Shown in pieces: positions 55,751 to 64,000 of a DNA stretch of 64,000 nucleotides. The DNA comes from Eledone cirrhosa. Taxonomy: Eukaryota. Location of the stretch: assembly GCA_964016885.1 (NCBI GenBank), contig OZ024764.1, positions 26,226,001-26,290,000 on the forward strand. Direction: 5' to 3'. Each line of letters begins with the position of its first letter. Position 1 is the first letter of the stretch. The notes beneath the pieces were generated by a model that was not told where the DNA came from, did not search any database, and saw nothing but the letters and a program-made list of their open reading frames with translations. A program made the position numbers and the translations under genes.

Positions 55751-55820
55751 TATATGCTACAGGAGGGCAGCAGTACATTATTCTATGTAACCCTTACTCT
55801 ATTCTATCTCTATATTTCAG

Positions 55821-55972
55821 TGGTTTGGACTCTTCCTCTTCTTGCGGGCCCTAGTTGGTATTGGTGAAGCCACATACTCCACTATTGCCCCAACTATTAT
55901 TGCAGATCTTTTTGTTAAGGACATGCGCTCCCGAATGTTAATGGTTTTCTATTTTGCTGTCCCAGTTGGCAG
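55821..55972 (+). CDS. spin: Spinster exon 3
   Basis: tttcag| [50 protein letters not shown](S) |gtaaga; phase 0 to 2. Confidence 0.95.
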
Positions 55973-56001
55973 GTAAGATTTCTGTTTGAAAGACTTCTCA
56001 T

Positions 56002-57295
56002 TTAACCCTTTAGTATTTACATTACTCTATATCTACTATTGTATTTTCACAGTTAAGGCTTTACCTCACATAATATCTCACATAACATTTACATTACTCT
56101 ATATATACTATTGTATTTTCACAGTAAAGGCTTTACCTCACATAATATCTCACATAACATTTACATTACTCTATATATACTATTGTATTGTCACAGTAAA
56201 GGCTTTACCTCACATAATATCTCACATAACATTTACATTACTCTATATATACTATTGTATTTTCACAGTAAAGGCTTTACCTCACATATCTCACATAACA
56301 TTTACATTACTCTATATATACTATTGTATTTTCACAGTAAAGGCTTTACCTCACATAATACCTCACATAACATTTACATTACTCTATATATACTATTGTA
56401 TTTTCACAGTAAAGGCTTCACCTCACATAATATCCCACATAACATTTACATTACTCTATATATACTATTGTATTTTCACAGTAAAGGCTTTACCTCACAT
56501 AATATCCCACATAACATTTACATTACTCTATATATACTATTGTATTGTCACAGTAAAGGCTTTACCTCACATAATATCCCACATAACATTTACATTACTC
56601 TATATATACTATTGTATTTTCACAGTTAAGGCTTACCTCACATAATATCTCACATAACATTTACATTACTCTATATATACTATTGTATTTTCACAGTAAA
56701 GGCTTTACCTCACATAATATCTCACATAACATTTACATTACTCTATATATACTATTGTATTGTCACAGTAAAGGCTTTACCTCACATAATACCTCACATA
56801 ACATTTACATTACTCTATATATACTATTGTATTTTCACAGTAAAGGCTTTACCTCACATAATATCTCACATAACATTTACATTACTCTATATATACTATT
56901 GTATTGTCACAGTAAAGGCTTTACCTCACATAATACCTCACATAACATTTACATTACTCTATATATACTATTGTATTTTCACAGTAAAGGCTTTACCTCA
57001 CATAATATCTCACATAACATTTACATTACTCTATATATACTATTGTATTGTCACAGTAAAGGCTTTACCTCACATAATATCTCACATAACATTTACATTA
57101 CTCTATATATACTATTGTATTTTCACAGTAAAGGCTTTATCTTAGATAATTATCTCACATAATATCGAATCTACGAGATTTTGATGTTATTTATTTTGAG
57201 AACAATACCTTAACATCAGTGTTAGTGGCTGGTTACTGCCAGTTTGAACAGAAAGAGGCGAGAGAATTCTGGCTGGATATAGCCAGTTTAACTTT
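56002..57295 (-). mobile_element. Third MITE copy carrying the 72-bp satellite (~15 copies), 30 bp after the exon 3 donor
   Basis: ttaaccctttag terminus; unit is the reverse complement of the 13.8-kb array. Confidence 0.85.
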
Positions 57296-58140
57296 AAAGT
57301 CTTTATTGTAATACTATCCACTAGTAAAGATACTATAAACATTTAGTACAAAACAACACTATGACTACATCACATTAAATATTAAAGTCTTTACTGTAAT
57401 ACTGTAAATATTCACAACAATATGTCCACCAGTAAAGATACTATAAACATTTAGTACAAAACAACACTATGACTACATCGCATTAAATATTAAAGTCTTT
57501 ACTGTAATACTGTAAATGTTCACAACAATCTGTCCACCAGTAAAGATACTATAAACATTTAGTACAAAACAACACTATGACTACATCACATTAAATATTA
57601 AAGTCTTTACTGTAATACTGTAAATATTCACAACAATCTGTCTACCAGTAAAGATACTATAAACATTTAGTACAAAACAACACTATGACTACATCACATT
57701 AAATATCTAAAGTCTTTACTGTAATACTGTAAATATTCACAACACTCTGTCCACCAGTAAAGATACTATAAACATTTAGTACAAAACAACACTATGACTA
57801 CATCACATTAAATATTAAAGTCTTTACTGTAATACTGTAAATGTTCACAACAATCTGTCCACCAGTAAAGATACTATAAACATTTAGTACAAAACAACAC
57901 TATGACTACATCACATTAAATATTAAAGTCTTTACTGTAATACTGTAAATATTCACAACAATCTGTCTACCAGTAAAGATACTATAAACATTTAGTACAA
58001 AACAACACTATGACTACATCACATTAAATATCTAAAGTCTTTACTGTAATACTGTAAATATTCACAACACTCTGTCCACCAGTAAAGATACTATAAACAT
58101 TTAGTACAAAACAACACTATGACTACATCACATTAAAGAT
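57296..58140. repeat. ~108-bp AT-rich tandem repeat (~8 copies)
   Basis: aaagtctttactgtaatactg...cacattaaatatt, period 108-109. Confidence 0.9.
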
Positions 58141-58183
58141 ACTATCAACATTTGAATTAACAGAAAATAAATTTGTTTTCCAG

Positions 58184-58250
58184 TGGTCTTGGCTATATCG
58201 TTGGATCTAATGTTGCCTCAGCTGCAGGAACCTGGCAGTATGCCCTAAGG
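58184..58250 (+). CDS. spin: Spinster exon 4
   Basis: ttccag| (S)GLGYIVGSNVASAAGTWQYALR |gtaggt; phase 2 to 0. Confidence 0.93.
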
Positions 58251-58317
58251 GTAGGTACTGCTTATTTTCTACACCTCTATTAGAGGTTGTGGGGAAAAGT
58301 CCTCAAACACTCCTTCC

Positions 58318-58580
58318 AGATATGGGTCCCTGAAAGTCTGGGTAGGGTTAATGTCCTAGGGAAGATATGGGTCCCTGAAAGTCTGGGTAAGGTTAATGCC
58401 CTAGGTAAGATATGGGTCCCTGAAAGTCTGGGTAGGGTTAATGTCCTAGGTAAGATATGGGTCCCTGAAAGTCTGGGTAGGGTTAATGTCATAGGGAAGA
58501 TATGGGTCCCTGAAAGTCTGGGTGGGGTGTCCTAGGTAAGATATGGACCCCTGATGACCCCTGAAAGTCTGGGTAGGGTT
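58318..58580. repeat. 45-bp minisatellite (~5-6 copies)
   Basis: Unit agatatgggtccctgaaagtctgggtagggttaatgtcctagg(g/t)a. Confidence 0.9.
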
Positions 58581-58739
58581 TGAAAGGAGAATTCAGCTGG
58601 AATAATTATGAGATCATCTAATGAGATCATCTAATGACTGCCAGTTTAACAATCTGTGTTAATTATAACAACAACAATACCATCCTGTTGATTACATAAA
58701 TGGTTGATGGCAAACTACAGAAAAATGTATCGGTTTATT

Positions 58740-59425
58740 TTAGTAGTAGCAGTAGTGGTGGTGGTGTTGGTAGTGGTAGTGGTGGTAGTGTAGTGGTGGT
58801 AGTGTAGTGGTGGTAGTAGTAGTAGTAGGGGTGGTGGTGGTAGTAGTAGTAGTAGGGGTGGGGGTGTTGGTAGTGGTGGTGGTGGTAGGGGTGGTTGTGT
58901 TAGTAGTGGTAGTGGTGGTGGTAGTAGTAGTAGGGGTGGTGATGGTAGTAGTAATAGTAGGGGTGGTGGTGGTAGTAGTAGTAGTAGGGGTGGTGGTGGT
59001 GGTAGGGGTGGTGGTGTTGGTAGTGGTAGTGGTGATGGTGGTAGGGGTGGTGGTGTTAGTAGTGGTAGTGGTGGTAGAAGTAGTAGGGGTGGTGGTGGTA
59101 ATAGTAGGGGTGGTAGTGTAGTAGTGGTGGTAGTGTAGTAGTAGTGTGTGGTAGTAGTAGTAGTAGTAGTAGGGGTGGTGGTGGTAATAGTAGTGGTGGT
59201 AGTGTAGTAGTGGTGGTAGTAGTAGTAGTAGGGGTGGTGGTGGTGGTAGTAGTAGTGGTGGTGGTGGTAGTGTAGTAGTAGTGGTGGTGGTGGTAGTAGT
59301 AGTAGTATGGGTGGTGGTGGTGGTAGTAGTCCTAATGGTAGTGGCAATGGTATTATTATTATTAGTAGTAGTAGTAGTAGTGGTGGTGGTGATGGTATTT
59401 GTAGTAGTAGTAGTTTTAGTGGTAG
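58740..59425. repeat. (GGT/AGT)n compound microsatellite
   Basis: Direct observation. Confidence 0.9.
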
Positions 59426-59577
59426 TTTCTGATACAATAATACTATTGTTGTTGTTGTTGTATAACAAAGAAATGAAGCAGCATCCAAGTTATAAATAGT
59501 TGTGATATCACCACCTACAAACACCATTGTCTTTGGTCTGGCGTCTGGAATTATGGAATCACCATTATTATAAACTC

Positions 59578-62500
59578 GGTGGATTGGTAGTATCGGTAGA
59601 GGGTCGGACACCATGTTAGTGTGGTGGATTGGCAGTATCGGTAGAGGGTCGGACGCCATGTTAGGGTGGTGGATTGGTAGTATCGGTAGAGGGTCGGACG
59701 CCATGTTAGTGTGGTGGATTGGCAGTATCGGTAGAGGGTCGGACACCATGTTAGTGTGGTGGATTGGCAGTATCGGTAGAGGGTCGGACACCATGTTAGT
59801 GTGGTGGATTGGCAGTATCGGTAGAGGGTCGGACACCATGTTAGTGTGGTGGATTGGCAGTATCGGTAGAGGGTCGGACACCATGTTAGTGTGGTGGATT
59901 GGCAGTATCGGTAGAGGGTCGGACACCATGTTAGTGTGGTGGATTGGCAGTATCGGTAGAGGGTCGGACGCCATGCTAGGGTGGTGGATTGGTAGTATCG
60001 GTAGAGGGTCGGACGCCATGTTAGGGTGGTGGATTGGTAGTATCGGTAGAGGGTCGGACACCATGTTAGTGTGGTGGATTGGCAGTATCGGTAGAGGGTC
60101 GGACGCCATGCTAGGGTGGTGGATTGGCAGTATCGGTAGAGGGTCGGACACCATGTTAGTGTGGTGGATTGGCAGTATCGGTAGAGGGTCGGACACCATG
60201 TTAGTGTGGTGGATTGGCAGTATCGGTAGAGGGTCGGACGCCATGCTAGGGTGGTGGATTGGCAGTATCGGTAGAGGGTCGGACACCATGTTAGTGTGGT
60301 GGATTGGCAGTATCGGTAGAGGGTCGGACACCATGTTAGTGTGGTGGATTGGCAGTATCGGTAGAGGGTCGGACGCCATGCTAGGGTGGTGGATTGGTAG
60401 TATCGGTAGAGGGTCGGACGCCATGTTAGGGTGGTGGATTGGTAGTATCGGTAGAGGGTCGGACACCATGTTAGTGTGGTGGATTGGCAGTATCGGTAGA
60501 GGGTCGGACACCATGTTAGTGTGGTGGATTGGCAGTATCGGTAGAGGGTCGGACACCATGTTAGTGTGGTGGATTGGCAGTATCGGTAGAGGGTCGGACA
60601 CCATGTTAGTGTGGTGGATTGGCAGTATCGGTAGAGGGTCGGACACCATGTTAGTGTGGTGGATTGGCAGTATCGGTAGAGGGTCGGACACCATGTTAGT
60701 GTGGTGGATTGGCAGTATCGGTAGAGGGTCGGACACCATGTTAGTGTGGTGGATTGGCAGTATCGGTAGAGGGTCGGACGCCATGCTAGGGTGGTGGATT
60801 GGTAGTATCGGTAGAGGGTCGGACGCCATGTTAGGGTGGTGGATTGGTAGTATCGGTAGAGGGTCGGACACCATGTTAGTGTGGTGGATTGGCAGTATCG
60901 GTAGAGGGTCGGACACCATGTTAGTGTGGTGGATTGGCAGTATCGGTAGAGGGTCGGACACCATGTTAGTGTGGTGGATTGGCAGTATTGGTAGAGGGTC
61001 GGACACCATGTTAGTGTGGTGGATTGGCAGTATCGGTAGAGGGTCGGACGCCATGCTAGGGTGGTGGATTGGTAGTATCGGTAGAGGGTCGGACGCCATG
61101 TTAGGGTGGTGGATTGGTAGTATCGGTAGAGGGTCGGACGCCATGTTAGTGTGGTGGATTGGCAGTATCGGTAGAGGGTCGGACACCATGTTAGTGTGGT
61201 GGATTGGCAGTATCGGTAGAGGGTCGGACGCCATGTTAGTGTGGTGGATTGGCAGTATCGGTAGAGGGTCGGACGCCATGTTAGTGTGGTGGATTGGCAG
61301 TATCGGTAGAGGGTCGGACGCCATGTTAGTGTGGTGGATTGGCAGTATCGGTAGAGGGTCGGACGCCATGTTAGTGTGGTGGATTGGCAGTATTGGTAGA
61401 GGGTCGGACACCATGTTAGTGTGGTGGATTGGCAGTATTGGTAGAGGGTCGGACACCATGTTAGTGTGGTGGATTGGCAGTATTGGTAGAGGGTCGGACA
61501 CCATGGTAGGGTGGTGGATTGGCAGTATCGGTAGAGGGTCGGACGCCATGCTAGGGCGGTGGATTGGCAGTATTGGTAGAGGGTCGGACGCCATGCTAGG
61601 GCGGTGGATTGGTAGTATCGGTAGAGGGTCGGACGCCATGCTAGGGCGGTGGATTGGCAGTATTGGTAGAGGGTCGGACACCATGATAGGGTGGTGGATT
61701 GGCAGTATCGGTAGAGGGTCGGACGCCATGCTAGGGTGGTGGATTGGCAGTATCGGTAGAGGGTCGGACGCCATGCTAGGGTGGTGGATTGGTAGTATCG
61801 GTAGAGGGTCGGACGCCATGCTAGGGCGGTGGATTGGCAGTATCGGTAGAGGGTCGGACGCCATGCTAGGGCGGTGGATTGGCAGTATTGGTAGAGGGTC
61901 GGACACCATGTTAGGGTGGTGGATTGGCAGTATCGGTAGAGGGTCGGACGCCATGTTAGTGTGGTGGATTGGCAGTATCGGTAGAGGGTCGGACGCCATG
62001 TTAGTGTGGTGGATTGGCAGTATTGGTAGAGGGTCGGACACCATGTTAGTGTGGTGGATTGGCAGTATTGGTAGAGGGTCGGACACCATGTTAGTGTGGT
62101 GGATTGGCAGTATTGGTAGAGGGTCGGACACCATGGTAGGGTGGTGGATTGGCAGTATCGGTAGAGGGTCGGACGCCATGCTAGGGCGGTGGATTGGCAG
62201 TATTGGTAGAGGGTCGGACGCCATGCTAGGGCGGTGGATTGGTAGTATCGGTAGAGGGTCGGACGCCATGCTAGGGCGGTGGATTGGCAGTATTGGTAGA
62301 GGGTCGGACACCATGATAGGGTGGTGGATTGGCAGTATCGGTAGAGGGTCGGACGCCATGCTAGGGTGGTGGATTGGCAGTATCGGTAGAGGGTCGGACG
62401 CCATGCTAGGGTGGTGGATTGGTAGTATCGGTAGAGGGTCGGACGCCATGCTAGGGCGGTGGATTGGCAGTATCGGTAGAGGGTCGGACGCCATGCTAGG

Positions 62501-62845
62501 GCGGTGGATTGGCAGTATTGGTAGAGGGTCGGACACCATGTTAGGGTGGTGGATTGGCAGTATCGGTAGAGGGTCGGACGCCATGCTAGGGTGGTGGATT
62601 GGCAGTATTGGTAGAGGGTCGGACGCCATGCTAGGGCGGTGGATTGGCAGTATTGGTAGAGGGTTGGACGCCATGCTTTGCAGCGTAGAGTTACGGCCCT
62701 TTACGGTCTGAGTTCAAATCCCGCCGAAGTTAACTTTGCCTCTAATCCTTACGGGGAGGGAGGGGGGGTCGATAAAATATAAAGTACCAGTAATGCACTG
62801 GGTTAAATTGCTGGCCTTGTGCCAAATGTAGGAACAATTATTACA
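59578..62845 (+). repeat. 45-bp satellite (~69 copies) of a SINE 5' head, ending in a complete SINE body
   Basis: Unit ggtggattggcagtatcggtagagggtcggac(a/g)ccatg(t/c)tag(t/g)gt. The final unit runs into tttgcagcgtagagttacggccctttacggtctgagttcaaatcc. Confidence 0.92.
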
Positions 62846-62851
62846 AACTGT

Positions 62852-63297
62852 CGGTAGAAGGTCGGACACCATGCTTTGAAAATGGTAGAAGGTCGGACAC
62901 CATGCTTTGATAGCGGTAGAAGGTCGGACACAAAGCTTTGAAAACGGTAGAAGGTCGGACACAAAGCTTTGAAAACGGTAGAAGGTCGGACACAAAGCTT
63001 TGAAAACGGTAGAAGGTCGGACACAAAGCTTTGAAAACGGTAGAAGGTCGGACACAAAGCTTTGAAAACGGTAGAAGGTCGGACACAAAGCTTTGAAAAC
63101 GGTAGAAGGTCGGACGCCATGCTTTGAAGCATAGAGTTACGGCCCTTTACGATCTGAGTTCAAATCCCGCCGAGCTTAACTTTGCCTTTCATCCTTACGG
63201 GGAGGAGGTGGGGGGGGGGGGGTCGATAAAATAAAGTACCAGTAATACACTGGAGGGGATAAATGCTGGCCTTGTGCCAAAAGTAGAAACAATTATT
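62852..63297 (+). repeat. 31-bp satellite (~9 copies) of the same SINE head plus SINE body
   Basis: Unit cggtagaaggtcggacacaaagctttgaaaa. Confidence 0.88.
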
Positions 63298-63326
63298 ATA
63301 GTTGTTGTTGTGTTGTTTCGCTGCAG

Positions 63327-63463
63327 GTGACCCCTCCACTCGGTATTATCTGCACCGTTCTCATCATCTTTGTCCTGTGTGAACCTGAGAGGGGCTCCAG
63401 TGAGGGTGGTACACAGCTCAGGAACACCTCCTACATCACAGATGTTAAGGCCCTGCTGAGAAA
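63327..63463 (+). CDS. spin: Spinster exon 5 (gene continues beyond window)
   Basis: ctgcag| [45 protein letters not shown] |gtaagt; phase 0 to 2. Confidence 0.93.
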
Positions 63464-63513
63464 GTAAGTCACTCCCACCTTCTCATCATCATCATATATA
63501 TGTATATATATAC

Positions 63514-63553
<40 letters not shown>

Positions 63554-63558
63554 ATATG

Positions 63559-63591
<33 letters not shown>

Positions 63592-63599
63592 ATATATAC

Positions 63600-63635
<36 letters not shown>

Positions 63636-63640
63636 ATATG

Positions 63641-63717
<77 letters not shown>

Positions 63718-63748
63718 GTATCATCATCATATATATGTATATATATAC

Positions 63749-63784
<36 letters not shown>

Positions 63785-63790
63785 ATATGA

Positions 63791-63828
<38 letters not shown>

Positions 63829-63902
63829 ATACATATATATATATATATATATATATGTATATGTATATATATATGTATATATATATATATATATGATGAT
63901 AC

Positions 63903-63933
<31 letters not shown>

Positions 63934-64000
63934 TATATGATGATACATATATATATATATATATACATACATATATATATATATATATACATACATACAT

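Noticed and set aside
58715-62711. 1319-aa and 1032-aa ORFs on opposite strands
   Set aside because: Translations of the 45-bp SINE-head satellite and a GGT/AGT microsatellite.

Overview
Eukaryotic, very repeat-rich genomic DNA. The SINE/LINE families and the dense (TA)n, (ACT)n and (GAT)n tracts suggest an octopus or other coleoid cephalopod (inference). Two host genes face away from each other about 27 kb apart. The 60-nt first coding exon of neurofibromin (NF1) is on the - strand at 19617-19676; no later NF1 exon was recognised. The first five coding exons of a spinster/SPNS MFS transporter are on the + strand at 46488-63463, with consistent splice phases. The rest is mostly transposon-derived: RTE and CR1/L2 LINE fragments, tRNA-derived SINEs, a Helitron, MITEs, and many minisatellites amplified from TE pieces. 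Most long ORFs in the track are repeat artefacts. The most notable signal is a set of unrelated short elements inserted in (TA)n tracts, each made of a full unit plus an inverted partial copy of its 5' part. Several carry minimal hammerhead-ribozyme cores (Penelope-like/retrozyme signature) and one has a tRNA cloverleaf head. Separately, near-identical satellites recur inside more diverged host TE copies at several loci.
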